Source: Betaproteobacteria bacterium (GTDB taxonomy: Bacteria > Pseudomonadota > Gammaproteobacteria > Burkholderiales > SG8-41). Taken from it: a DNA stretch of 64,000 nucleotides. Positions 27,086 to 36,185 of the stretch are shown here, piece after piece (positions within the stretch are counted from its first letter, which is position 1; every line of letters starts with the position of its first letter). The position numbers and the translations under genes are program-made. Location of the stretch: the NCBI GenBank assembly GCA_016868035.1, contig VGID01000005.1, forward strand, positions 26,017 to 90,016, given 5' to 3'. The notes beneath the pieces were generated by a model, which made no database searches, was not told where the DNA came from, and saw only the letters and a list, made by a program, of their open reading frames with translations.

Positions 27086-27472
27086 ATGGTCGTGACCACC
27101 ATGCCGCCCAACGGGGATTACGTTCAAGCGTTCGCGTGCGGCCAGCGGATCTTCAGCGAGGGACAGCACGGCGACTGGATGTACGTCGTCGTCGAAGGTG
27201 AAGTCGAACTGCTCGTCAACAATGTGCTGGTCGAACGGTTGGGGCCGGGCGGCGTCCTGGGCGAAATGTCCCTGATCGACGCCGCGCCGCGCAGCGCCAC
27301 CGCCGTGGCGCGCACCCATTGCAAGCTTTGGTCCATCAACCAGAAGCGCTTTTCCTATCTGGTGCAACAGACTCCGGACTTCGCCCTGCAGATGATGCGG
27401 GTGATGGCCGTGCGCCTGCGCCACATGGACCAGCGGGTGTACTCGAAAGCGGCCGCCGCCCGGGCGGCGTGA
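27086..27472 (+). CDS. stand-alone cyclic-nucleotide-binding domain protein (no output domain)
   Basis: 128 aa; FSEGQHGDWMYVVVEGEVEL...GPGGVLGEMSLIDAAPRSATAVA matches the cNMP-binding fold (GE...R[ST]A motif). Confidence 0.75.
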   Translation: MVVTTMPPNGDYVQAFACGQRIFSEGQHGDWMYVVVEGEVELLVNNVLVERLGPGGVLGEMSLIDAAPRSATAVARTHCKLWSINQKRFSYLVQQTPDFALQMMRVMAVRLRHMDQRVYSKAAAARAA

Positions 27473-27515
27473 ACGCTCACGCGGATCCGGTCGCGCCCGC
27501 GGGCGAATCGCGAGC

Positions 27516-27989
27516 TTACGCTTTCTGGTAGGTGCCGACGAGCTCGGACTTCTCCAGCACGTGCCCCTTGATCGCCTGCTCGAGCTCGGCCTTGGCCGGG
27601 ATCTCCATGGCGGGCAGCACGGTATCCAGCGCGTAGAGCTTGTGGAAATAGCGGTGGCGCCCGATCGGCGGGCACGGCCCGCCGTAACCGGCGCGCTTCC
27701 AGTCGTTCAACCCCTGGCACGTGCCCGGCGGCAGCTCCCCCGCCTTGATCGCTTCCTTGAGCCCGGTGGCCGTGGCCGGGATGTTGTAGAGCACCCAGTG
27801 CACCCAGGTCATCTTCGGCGCCCCGGGATCGGGCGCATCGGGGTCGTCCACGATCAGCACGAAGCTCCGGGTTCCGGCCGGCGCCCCGCTCCACACGAGC
27901 GGGACCGAAACGTCCTCGCCCTGGCAGGTGTGGCGCCTCGGGATCTCCCCATTGTGCGCGAACGCAGTTGAAGTGAGCTTGAGCGGCAT
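27516..27989 (-). CDS. YbhB/YbcL-family PEBP (Raf kinase inhibitor-like) protein
   Basis: MPLKLTSTAFAHNGEIPRRHTC...LIVDDPDAP...HWVLYNIP...GYGGPCPPIGRHRYFHKLYALD. Confidence 0.85.
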   Translation of the reverse strand: MPLKLTSTAFAHNGEIPRRHTCQGEDVSVPLVWSGAPAGTRSFVLIVDDPDAPDPGAPKMTWVHWVLYNIPATATGLKEAIKAGELPPGTCQGLNDWKRAGYGGPCPPIGRHRYFHKLYALDTVLPAMEIPAKAELEQAIKGHVLEKSELVGTYQKA

Positions 27990-28126
27990 GCCTGCCGTTT
28001 TTTCGCGCGTTTTAGCGTATGTTAGTATAGCGCGCCCACCGGAAAATTCGAACGCTGCGGGCGGTTTGCCGCGGCGGACAACCCGGCCGCTCTCCACTTC
28101 CCAGCGCAAGGCGAAGGCCGCAAGCG

Positions 28127-28987
28127 GTGCCGATCCATTACGAAAAGCTGCTCAGCTGGAAGATCCCCGTGGTCGAGCAGCGCCTGACGCGCCGCGACAC
28201 CATCCTCTACGCGCTCGGGGTCGGCCTTGGCGCCGATCCGTGCGACGCCGAGCAGCTCAAGTTCGTGTACGAGGAGCGACTCCACGCGCTGCCGACGATG
28301 GCGATCATATTGGGCTACCCGGGACCCTGGCACGCGAACCCGGAACTCGGCATCACGCGCAGCCACGTCGTTCACGGCGAGCAGGGCTTCCGCATCCACC
28401 GGCCGCTGCCGGTGGAAGGCGTGGTCGCCGGGCACACGCGCATTACCGGCGTGGTGGACAAAGGCAAGGACAAGGGCGCGCTCATCATGACCGAATGCAC
28501 GGTGCGCGAGAAGGCGGGCAACGAATTGATCTGCACCCTCGCCTCCACCACCTTCTGCCGCGCCGACGGCGGCTTCGGCGGGCCGGACGGGCCGCTACGA
28601 GAGCCCCATCCGGTTCCCGGGGGGTCGCCCCACCACGTCTGCGATCTGCCGACGCTGCCGCAAGCGGCGCTGATCTACCGGCTGTCGGGAGATTACAATC
28701 CGTTGCACGCCGACCCGGCCTACGCGCGGAAGGCCGGCTTCAAGATGCCGATCGTGCACGGGCGGCTGACCTTCGGCATTGCCGGCCACGCGATCCTGAA
28801 GACATTGTGCGGTTACGATCCCGCGCGACTGGTGTCGATGGAAGGCCGTTTTTCCGCGCCCGTGTACCCGGGAGAGACGCTACGCACCGAAATGTGGCGC
28901 GACGGGAACGTCGTTTCGTTCCACGCTACGGTGCCCTCGCGCGGCGTCACGGTAATCAATAACGGACGAGCCGAATTGAAGCCGTGA
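28127..28987 (+). CDS. MaoC-like (R)-specific enoyl-CoA hydratase, double hotdog (MFE-2 hydratase-like)
   Basis: SGDYNPLHADPAYARKAGFKMPIVHG hydratase-2 motif in the C-terminal half. The stop TGA (28985-28987) lies in the first unit of a heptamer array. Confidence 0.8.
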   Translation: MPIHYEKLLSWKIPVVEQRLTRRDTILYALGVGLGADPCDAEQLKFVYEERLHALPTMAIILGYPGPWHANPELGITRSHVVHGEQGFRIHRPLPVEGVVAGHTRITGVVDKGKDKGALIMTECTVREKAGNELICTLASTTFCRADGGFGGPDGPLREPHPVPGGSPHHVCDLPTLPQAALIYRLSGDYNPLHADPAYARKAGFKMPIVHGRLTFGIAGHAILKTLCGYDPARLVSMEGRFSAPVYPGETLRTEMWRDGNVVSFHATVPSRGVTVINNGRAELKP

Positions 28988-29010
28988 ATCGTGAATGGTG
29001 AATTGTGAAT
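28983..29010. repeat. heptamer array (C/G/T)GTGAAT x4
   Basis: cgtgaat cgtgaat ggtgaat tgtgaat. Confidence 0.9.
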
Positions 29011-29030
29011 CGGAGAACTCGCGCGGTGAC

Positions 29031-29118
29031 CATTTACGATTGACGATTTACGTTTCACGAACAGAAGCGGACACGATTCCCGATTTCCGATTCACGTTTC
29101 ACGAACAGAGGCGGACAC
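29031..29118. repeat. two tandem 44-bp modules, each made of four inverted heptamers (GATTnAC/GTTTCAC) plus GAACAGA(A/G)GCGGACAC
   Basis: Module 1 is 29031-29074 and module 2 is 29075-29118; the second ends 1 nt before the SDR ATG (29120). Confidence 0.85.
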
Positions 29119-29119
29119 A

Positions 29120-30034
29120 ATGGCCGGCATGGTGGAAGGCAAAGTGGTGGTGGTGACCGGCGCGGGGCGCGGGATCGGGCGCGCCATCGCGATGCTCATG
29201 GCAAGCCACGGCGCCAGGGTGGTCGTGAACGACATCGGCGCATCGCTCGGCGGCGAAGGCAGCGACCAGGCGCCCGCGGACGAAGTGGCGGCGGAGATCA
29301 GGAAAGCCGGCGGCGAGGCGATCGCCAATTTCGACAGCGTCGCCGGATTCGCTTCCGCGGGGAAGATCATTCAATGCGCCGCGGATACGTTCGGGCGCAT
29401 CGACTGCGTGGTCAATAATGCGGGCATCCTGCGCGACGTCATTTTCCACAAGATGACCGAGGCCGACTGGGATGCGGTGGTCTCGGTGATGCTGAAGGGC
29501 GCGTTCAACTGCAGCCGGCACGCGGCGGACCACTTCCGCCGCCAGGAGTCCGGCTGCTTCATTCACATGACCTCGACCTCGGGGCTGGTCGGCTCCATGG
29601 GCCAGGCGAACTACAGCGCCGCCAAGCTCGGCATGGTCGCGCTCTCGACCTCGATCGCCCACGATATGGCGCGCTTCAACGTGCGCTCGAACTGCATCGC
29701 ACCGGTCGCCTGGACGCGCATGACCCAGTCCATCCCGGCAAAGGACCCCGCGGCGCAGAAGCGCATCGAGCAACGCAGCCAGGTCACCGCGGAGCACAAC
29801 GCACCGCTCGCGGTGTTTCTTGCGAGCGATGCCGCCAGGGAAGTCAACGCGCAGGTGTTCTCGGTGCGCAAGAACGAGATCTTCCTCATGAGCCAGTCCC
29901 GCCCCTTGCGCAGCGTCCACCGCGGCGAAGGCTGGACGCCGGAGAGCTGCGCAGAGCACATGCTGCCGGCGGTCAAAAGCTGGTTCGTCCCGCTCCAGCG
30001 CACGGCGGACGTATTCTCCTGGGACTCGATCTGA
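29120..30034 (+). CDS. SDR-family oxidoreductase (3-hydroxyacyl-CoA dehydrogenase, MFE-2 dehydrogenase-like)
   Basis: VVVVTGAGRGIGRAIA cofactor motif and the NYSAAK catalytic motif. Confidence 0.85.
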   Translation: MAGMVEGKVVVVTGAGRGIGRAIAMLMASHGARVVVNDIGASLGGEGSDQAPADEVAAEIRKAGGEAIANFDSVAGFASAGKIIQCAADTFGRIDCVVNNAGILRDVIFHKMTEADWDAVVSVMLKGAFNCSRHAADHFRRQESGCFIHMTSTSGLVGSMGQANYSAAKLGMVALSTSIAHDMARFNVRSNCIAPVAWTRMTQSIPAKDPAAQKRIEQRSQVTAEHNAPLAVFLASDAAREVNAQVFSVRKNEIFLMSQSRPLRSVHRGEGWTPESCAEHMLPAVKSWFVPLQRTADVFSWDSI

Positions 30035-30058
30035 ACTTCAGCCGCGGAGATCACAGAG

Positions 30059-30085
30059 GAGGAAAACTCTCCCAAGTGAGCAAAG
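30059..30085. repeat. nonamer array CTCTGTGNN x3
   Basis: ctctgtgta ctctgtgct ctctgtggc; single inverted copies (cacagag) occur at 30052-30058 and (acagag) at 30093-30098. Confidence 0.75.
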
Positions 30086-30200
30086 AGTAAATACAGAGCA
30101 GCATGCATGCTTCCTTAACGAGGTGCGTTTTTCATTCGTGCCTGTCGTTCTTGTCTTTCTCTGTGTACTCTGTGCTCTCTGTGGCCGGGAGTTTTTGCAT

Positions 30201-30311
30201 ATGAACGTATCGCTCCAAAAGGACGGCGCGACCGCGGTTCTCACCCACGACCACACGGAAGGCGTGGCCGCGTTCCGCGAGAAGCGTGCGCCTCGCCTTC
30301 TGGGCAGGTAG
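30201..30311 (+). pseudogene. in-frame internally deleted relic of an enoyl-CoA hydratase (N-terminus fused to the C-terminal 21 aa)
   Basis: MNVSLQKDGATAVLT/HDHTEGVAAFREKRAPRLLGR. The intact paralog at 33968 reads MSIKVTKNDGVATVLI...RLTHDHQEGVAAFREKRPPKFLGR. Confidence 0.6.
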
Positions 30312-30320
30312 GCGCAGCCC

Positions 30321-31583
30321 GTGCCGGCATTCCCGCAGCAGAGCGAAGGCTCGTGGCTCGCCCAGCTATGCCTGAGCCGCGCCGCCTTCGCTCTGATCTT
30401 CACCACCTACGCCGCGGCGATCCCGCTGCTCATGGTGGACTGGAACATGAGCGCAAGCGAGGCCGGCCTCATCCAGTCCGCGTGGCATGTCGGCTACCTC
30501 GTGTCCCTCTTTTCCATCGGGTTCCTGGCCGACCGCTATGGAGCAAAGCGCGTGTTCCTCTCCTCGAGCGTGGCCGCGGCCGCCTCCGCGCTGGTGTTTG
30601 CCGTTTTCGCGGACGATTTCCTCTCTGGCATGATCCTCTACGGGCTGACAGGTCTCTTTTCCGGGGGCTCCTACACGCCCGGGTTGACGCTCATCTCGGA
30701 GCGCTTCGTCTCGCAGCGCCGCGGACGCGCCATGGGCTTTTATATCGCCGCCGCATCCTTCGGCTACGCGCTCTCGCTGTTTCTCACCGGGATGCTCACG
30801 CCGGTCGTCGGCTGGCGTGGGGCATTCGTGGTGACTGCCTGCGGGCCCGCCCTCGGTCTCGCGATGGCATGGTACGCGCTGCGGCAGACGCCGAATGTGG
30901 TGCATCCCCCGGCCCCGGAGCACGCCGCCCAGGGATCGCTGCCGGCGGTGGTCGGCAACCGGCCCGCGATGCTGCTCATCTGGGCTTACGTATTCCATTC
31001 GTGGGAGCTGCTCGGAATGAAGGCGTGGCTTCCCGCGTACTTCGCGGCTTCCTCGCGCGAGACGGGATTCGGCGCGATCGAGGCCGCGAGCCTCGGCGCG
31101 ATGCTGGCCGCGCTCGCCTACGTCGCGAGCATGGCGGGCAGCGTGGCGGGCGGTGTGCTCTCCGACCGCATCGGGCGCACGCTGACCATACTGCTCATGT
31201 CATGCGCGAGCCTGTTCTGCTCGTTCACGTTCGGCTGGATGTACGGGTTGCCCGTCCTGCTGCTGGTGCTCATCGCATTGTTCTATAGCTTTACCGCGAT
31301 TGGCGATTCCTCGGTTTATTCCACCGCCATCACCGAGCTCGTCGCACCGCGCCACATTGGCGCGGCCTATTCGGTGCGCTCGGTGCTCGGCTTCGGTGCC
31401 GGCGCAATGAGTCCCTGGATTTTCGGTCTGGTGCTCGACGCGACGCGCCCCGGCAACACCGAGCTGCTCGCCTGGGGCCTGGCGTTCTGCTCGCTCGGTG
31501 TGGGCGGCCTGCTCGGCCCGCTCGCGACCTGGAAGCTGCGCGCGAGACCCGAGGCGAGGCGCATGGCCGGGGGCAAGCGTTGA
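30321..31583 (+). CDS. MFS transporter
   Basis: 420 aa, about 12 predicted hydrophobic segments, with an MFS loop motif GFLADRYGAKRV. Confidence 0.8.
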   Translation: MPAFPQQSEGSWLAQLCLSRAAFALIFTTYAAAIPLLMVDWNMSASEAGLIQSAWHVGYLVSLFSIGFLADRYGAKRVFLSSSVAAAASALVFAVFADDFLSGMILYGLTGLFSGGSYTPGLTLISERFVSQRRGRAMGFYIAAASFGYALSLFLTGMLTPVVGWRGAFVVTACGPALGLAMAWYALRQTPNVVHPPAPEHAAQGSLPAVVGNRPAMLLIWAYVFHSWELLGMKAWLPAYFAASSRETGFGAIEAASLGAMLAALAYVASMAGSVAGGVLSDRIGRTLTILLMSCASLFCSFTFGWMYGLPVLLLVLIALFYSFTAIGDSSVYSTAITELVAPRHIGAAYSVRSVLGFGAGAMSPWIFGLVLDATRPGNTELLAWGLAFCSLGVGGLLGPLATWKLRARPEARRMAGGKR

Positions 31584-31669
31584 ACCCGCCCGGACGTGGA
31601 TCACGAAACCCGCGCAGCGAACGCAACGCGGGTAGAATTGCGCGTCTGCTCATCCGCATGCCCCGATCG

Positions 31670-33862
31670 ATGTCCGTCCAGTCCGCTGCGCGGGCGCAGC
31701 CCGAAGCCCGCCCCGATCTCACCCGCTTTCTCAATCCGCGCGGGGTGGCGGTAGTCGGCGTATCCAACGACCCCTCGCGCATCGGCGGGCAGGCACTGAC
31801 ACTGCTCACCGATTTCGGCTATGGCGGGCGCATCTACCCGGTCAATCCGAAGTACAGCGAGATCAAGGGACTCGCGTGCTACTCCGACCTCGCGCAGGTG
31901 CCCCGCCCGTGCGACGTGGCATTGATCGTTCTTTCCGCGAATCACGTGCCCGACGCGATCGAGCAGTGCGGAAAGGCCGGCATTCCCTTCGCGCTCGTGC
32001 TCTCCTCCGGCTTCAGCGAGGTCGGCCCCGAGGGAAGAGCATTGCAGGAGAAACTCGCCGCGGCCGCCCGGCGCGGCGGGGTGCGCGTCGTCGGTCCCAA
32101 CTGCCTCGGGCTCCTCAATCTGAGGGACAACGCCCGCATCGGCTTCGGCGGCACAATGCAGCTCGGCACGCTCAAGCCGGGCCCCATCGCCATGGTCACG
32201 CAATCGGGCGGGTTCGGATTCGGCGTGGTCGCGATCGCCTGCCACTACGGGCTTGGCTTCAATTACGTGATCTCCACCGGCAATGAAGCCGACCTGACCC
32301 TTCTCGACTGGCTGGCCGAGCTCGTCGAGCGCCCGGAGGTCGAGATCGTAACCGCGTTCATGGAGGGCGTGGCCGACGGGCGGCGGCTCGTTGCGATCGG
32401 GGAGCGCGCGCTCCAGCTCGGCAAGCCGATCCTGGTGTGGAAGGTCGGCAACACGGCGGCCGGCGCGAAGGCCGCAGTTTCCCACACCGCCCGCATGACC
32501 GCGGGCTACGAGCTCTTCCGCGCCGCGTTCCGCCGCGGTGGATTCATCGAAATCCGCGACGTGGATGACCTCATCGATATCAGCAAGGCGTTTCTCGCCC
32601 GCAAGCCTGCGCGCGGGCGGCGTGTGTGCGCCGTGTCCATTTCCGGCGGCGCGGGCGTGCTGCTCGCCGACCGCTGTATCGAGGCCGGATTGGAACTGCC
32701 GCGGCTGTCGGAGGCGACGGCGCGCACGCTGCGCGAAATCCTCGTGTCCTTCGCTACGGTCAGCAACCCGCTGGACGTCACGGCGCACGGCTACAACGAC
32801 AATTTCGCCTCCTACAGCCGCGCGCTGCGCGAAGTGCTTGCCGACCCTAACGTAGACCAGGTGGTTGCGCGCGCGCCGCGCGGCAAGGTTGCCTACACCT
32901 GGGCGCAGGGTTTGATCGAGATGCTGCGCGATACAGACAAGCCGCTGCTGCTCAACTGGCCCACTTCCCCGGATGACAACGCCGTGGCCCTGCGCTTCCT
33001 GGAGGAGAACGGCGTCCCGTGCATCCTGGGTCCGGGGCGCACGGTGCGCGCGATGGCCGCGCTCGCCGAATTCTCGGAACAGCGCCGCGCGTGGGAGAGC
33101 CGCGCGAATCGCACGCTCAAGCGTGCAATCGCGAGGCAGGCGCTCGACCTGCGCGGCGCGGGGGCCGCCTTGAGCGAGCACCGCTCGAAGACGCTGCTCG
33201 GCCGCTACGGAATACCGCTCGTGAACGAGGTCCTGCTGCCGGACGACGGAATCGCAAAGCTCAAGACCGCGCCCCTGCCGTTCCCGCTCGCGGTCAAGAT
33301 CGCCTCGCCCGATATCCCGCACAAGACCGAGGCCGGCGTCGTGCGGCTCGGCGTCACGGACCTGAAGTCGCTCAAGCAGGCGGTGCGCGACATCCTCGCG
33401 GCGGCCAACAAGAGCCACCCCGGTGCCCGCATTGAAGGCATACTGGTGCAGGAGATGGCCTCGGGCATGGAAGTCATCGTGGGCGCGGTGAACGACGCTT
33501 ATTTCGGGCCCACCGTGGCATTCGGGCTCGGCGGCATTTACACCGAGCTGCTGAAGGACGTAACCCACCGATTCGCGCCATTCGGGACCGATGAAGCGCG
33601 CGAAATGATCATGGAAATCAGGGGCGCAGGGCTACTCACCGGATTGCGCGGCCGTCCGCCACTCGACACCGCGGCGCTGGCCGATGTCCTCTCCCGCGTC
33701 TCGCTGCTGATCGCGGACCATTCCGACCGCATCGCCGAGATCGATATCAATCCGCTGTTCGTGCGCGAGGCGGGCAAGGGCGTTGCCGCCGCCGACGCAT
33801 TGTTCGTATTGAAAAATTTTCCGGAAAGGCGCCAGGAACATCAAGAGGATCAAGATCTTTAA
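31670..33862 (+). CDS. ADP-forming acyl-CoA synthetase (CoA-binding plus ATP-grasp, acetate--CoA ligase family)
   Basis: FLNPRGVAVVGVSNDPSRIGG CoA-binding N-terminus, succinyl-CoA-synthetase-like middle, and ATP-grasp C-terminus (SKTLLGRYGIPL...LAVKIASPDIPHKTEAGVV). Confidence 0.8.
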   Translation: MSVQSAARAQPEARPDLTRFLNPRGVAVVGVSNDPSRIGGQALTLLTDFGYGGRIYPVNPKYSEIKGLACYSDLAQVPRPCDVALIVLSANHVPDAIEQCGKAGIPFALVLSSGFSEVGPEGRALQEKLAAAARRGGVRVVGPNCLGLLNLRDNARIGFGGTMQLGTLKPGPIAMVTQSGGFGFGVVAIACHYGLGFNYVISTGNEADLTLLDWLAELVERPEVEIVTAFMEGVADGRRLVAIGERALQLGKPILVWKVGNTAAGAKAAVSHTARMTAGYELFRAAFRRGGFIEIRDVDDLIDISKAFLARKPARGRRVCAVSISGGAGVLLADRCIEAGLELPRLSEATARTLREILVSFATVSNPLDVTAHGYNDNFASYSRALREVLADPNVDQVVARAPRGKVAYTWAQGLIEMLRDTDKPLLLNWPTSPDDNAVALRFLEENGVPCILGPGRTVRAMAALAEFSEQRRAWESRANRTLKRAIARQALDLRGAGAALSEHRSKTLLGRYGIPLVNEVLLPDDGIAKLKTAPLPFPLAVKIASPDIPHKTEAGVVRLGVTDLKSLKQAVRDILAAANKSHPGARIEGILVQEMASGMEVIVGAVNDAYFGPTVAFGLGGIYTELLKDVTHRFAPFGTDEAREMIMEIRGAGLLTGLRGRPPLDTAALADVLSRVSLLIADHSDRIAEIDINPLFVREAGKGVAAADALFVLKNFPERRQEHQEDQDL

Positions 33863-33863
33863 C

Positions 33864-33890
33864 CACAAAGGACACTAAGGACACAAAGGA
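33864..33890. repeat. nonamer array CACAAAGGA x3
   Basis: cacaaagga cactaagga cacaaagga, starting 2 nt after the synthetase stop. Confidence 0.85.
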
Positions 33891-33913
33891 AAATCCCAAA
33901 ATGATTGTCGAAG

Positions 33914-33940
33914 ACCTTCGTGCCCTTTGTGTCCCTCGTG
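33914..33940. repeat. inverted nonamer partner (TCCTTTGTG-like x3)
   Basis: accttcgtg ccctttgtg tccctcgtg. Confidence 0.8.
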
Positions 33941-33967
33941 TTTCAGCTTTTTTTTGGAAAGCGCTTC

Positions 33968-34738
33968 ATGAGCATTAAAGTCACCAAGAACGACGGCGTC
34001 GCCACGGTCCTCATTGACCGTGCGGACAAGTTGAACGCGCTCTCCGCGGAGATGTATCACGAGCTCGCCGAGCAGTTCGCGGCACTGGCCGGGGACGACG
34101 AGGTCCGCGCGGTAATCCTCACCGGCGCGGGGCGCGCCTTCTGCGCAGGAGGCGACGTCGGCTCGATGGGCAGCTACGACGTCGTGGCCGGCCGCAAGCG
34201 CTCGCAGGGCCACCAGCGCACGATCATCAACCTCTACAACCTCGAAAAGCCGGTTATCGCGGCGGTGCGCGGTGCCGCCGCCGGCATCGGCGCGAGCCTC
34301 GCGCTCGCGTGCGACCTCGTCATCGCCGCCGAATCGGCCTACTTCCTGATGGCCTTCAAGAAAGTGGGCATCCCGCCTGACGGCGGCTCCGTCTTCTTCC
34401 TCACGCAGCGGCTCGGCATCGCGCGCGCCAAGGAGCTCGTCTATACGGCAAGAAGGCTGCCCGCGCAGGAAGCGCACGACATGGGCCTGGTGATGAAGGT
34501 CGTGCCCGAGGACCGGCTCGAGGCGGAGGCGCAGGCCCTTGCACGGGAGCTGGCGACTTCCGCGACCTACGCGCTCAAGCTGGCGAAGAAAATGTTCCAC
34601 TCGATGTACGTGCCGACACTGGAGCACCTGCTCGAGCTCGAAAACCTCGCGGTCTCCGGCGCACGGCTCACGCACGACCACCAGGAAGGCGTGGCCGCCT
34701 TCCGGGAAAAGCGCCCGCCCAAGTTTCTCGGTCGTTAA
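33968..34738 (+). CDS. enoyl-CoA hydratase/isomerase (crotonase family)
   Basis: MSIKVTKNDGVATVLIDRADKLNAL, FCAGGDV oxyanion-hole motif, and HQEGVAAFREKRPPKF C-terminus. Confidence 0.85.
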   Translation: MSIKVTKNDGVATVLIDRADKLNALSAEMYHELAEQFAALAGDDEVRAVILTGAGRAFCAGGDVGSMGSYDVVAGRKRSQGHQRTIINLYNLEKPVIAAVRGAAAGIGASLALACDLVIAAESAYFLMAFKKVGIPPDGGSVFFLTQRLGIARAKELVYTARRLPAQEAHDMGLVMKVVPEDRLEAEAQALARELATSATYALKLAKKMFHSMYVPTLEHLLELENLAVSGARLTHDHQEGVAAFREKRPPKFLGR

Positions 34739-34767
34739 CCCGGAAACTTTATCGAAAGGGACCGAAT

Positions 34768-35739
34768 ATGAAATATTTCACTAACTTTTCGGCCGCTTTG
34801 ATGGCGGCCGTCTTGATGATCCACGGTGCTTCGTACGCGGCTGAAAAATATCCGCAGCGCCCGATCCGCGTGATCGTGCCCTTCCCGCCGGGCGGCAGCA
34901 ATGACATCGTGTCGCGCATGGTCGGGGCACAGTTGGCCGAGCGTCTCGGAAGGTCGGTAGTGATCGACAATCGCGGCGGCGCCGGCGGCCGCATCGGTTA
35001 CGAGATCGCCGCCACGTCCGCGCCGGATGGTTACACGCTCCTGGTCATCTCCGCTGCCTTCGCTTTCACCCCCGCCTTGCACAAACTCCCCTTCGATCCG
35101 GCCAAGGCGTTCATCCCGGTCACCATGCTCGGGAGGGGAGCGAACTCGCTTGCGATCTTTCCCGGTCTCCCCGTCCACTCGACGAAGGAGCTCGTCGCGC
35201 TTGCGAAGGCGAAGCCCGGCCAGCTGAATTACGGATCCGCGGGTATGGGTTCGTTCGTTCACCTTGGCAGCGAGATGTTCAGGATCATGGCCGGCATCAA
35301 CCTCGTGCACGTGCCGTTCAAGGGAGGCGGGCCGGCAACGCTCGCGGCCGTGGCCGGCCAGACGGAGCTCATCATCGGCACGCTCATCCAGGCGCTGCCG
35401 CACGTGCGTACGGGGCGATTGAGGCTGCTGGGAGTCGGCGGCTCGAAGCGGCTGGCGATCCTGCCCGACGTGCCGACGATCGCGGAGTCCGGCGTGCCGG
35501 GCTACGAGGCATACAACTGGTGGGGCTTCGTCGTCCCGGCCGGAACGTCCGGCGCTATCACCAAGCTCCTGCACAGCGAACTGACCGCAGTCATCGCCTC
35601 GCCGGAAGTGCAGAAGTGGTTCAGCTCGGAAGGCGCCGAGTCCGTCAGCAAGACCTCCGAGGAGTTCAGGCAGTGGATTCTCGCCGAGACCGTCAAGTGG
35701 GGGAAGGTCGTGCAGCAGGCGGGAATCAAGGCCGAGTGA
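34768..35739 (+). CDS. Bug-family (TctC-like) tripartite tricarboxylate transporter substrate-binding protein
   Basis: Signal peptide, then YPQRPIRVIVPFPPGGSNDIVSR; 323 aa. Confidence 0.9.
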   Translation: MKYFTNFSAALMAAVLMIHGASYAAEKYPQRPIRVIVPFPPGGSNDIVSRMVGAQLAERLGRSVVIDNRGGAGGRIGYEIAATSAPDGYTLLVISAAFAFTPALHKLPFDPAKAFIPVTMLGRGANSLAIFPGLPVHSTKELVALAKAKPGQLNYGSAGMGSFVHLGSEMFRIMAGINLVHVPFKGGGPATLAAVAGQTELIIGTLIQALPHVRTGRLRLLGVGGSKRLAILPDVPTIAESGVPGYEAYNWWGFVVPAGTSGAITKLLHSELTAVIASPEVQKWFSSEGAESVSKTSEEFRQWILAETVKWGKVVQQAGIKAE

Positions 35740-35744
35740 GGCAT

Positions 35745-35800
35745 GATTCGTGATGAGTGACGACTGACGACCGACGGCTGGCGAGTGACGGCTGAAGAAT
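35745..35800. repeat. heptamer array GACGNNT x8 (GTGACGA/CTGACGA family)
   Basis: gattcgt gatgagt gacgact gacgacc gacggct ggcgagt gacggct gaagaat; fills the Bug-DUF35 intergenic region up to ATG 35799. Confidence 0.8.
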
Positions 35801-36185
35801 GCAGGATCTGAAGAAGCAGTCGCCGTACGGCGTCTATGTCGAGCACCTCAGGAGGGGCGAGCTCGCGTACCAGGTAGCAACCGACGGGACGCCGGTGTTC
35901 TTCCCGCGCGTGGTCGCGCCCGGCAGCGGCGGCGCGAAACTTGAATGGCGCGTCTCGAAGGGGCTGGGCAGCGTGCACGCCACCACGGTCGTCCACTACA
36001 AGGGCGAGCCGCCCCTCAACGTCGCGCTGATAGACCTCGACGAGGGCTTCCGGATGATGAGCCGGGTCGAGCACGTGGATCCGATGCAGGTGAGCATCGG
36101 CATGCGGGTGAAGCTGAAGGTGCTACCGGGCGACGACAAGCAGCCCCCGTGCCCGGTATTCGTTCCAGCGGAGACGCGGCGATGA
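35799..36185 (+). CDS. DUF35 OB-fold/zinc-ribbon acyl-CoA-associated protein
   Basis: 128 aa with the pattern typical of DUF35 partners of SCP-x-type thiolases. ATGA overlap with the next gene. Confidence 0.75.
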   Translation: MQDLKKQSPYGVYVEHLRRGELAYQVATDGTPVFFPRVVAPGSGGAKLEWRVSKGLGSVHATTVVHYKGEPPLNVALIDLDEGFRMMSRVEHVDPMQVSIGMRVKLKVLPGDDKQPPCPVFVPAETRR

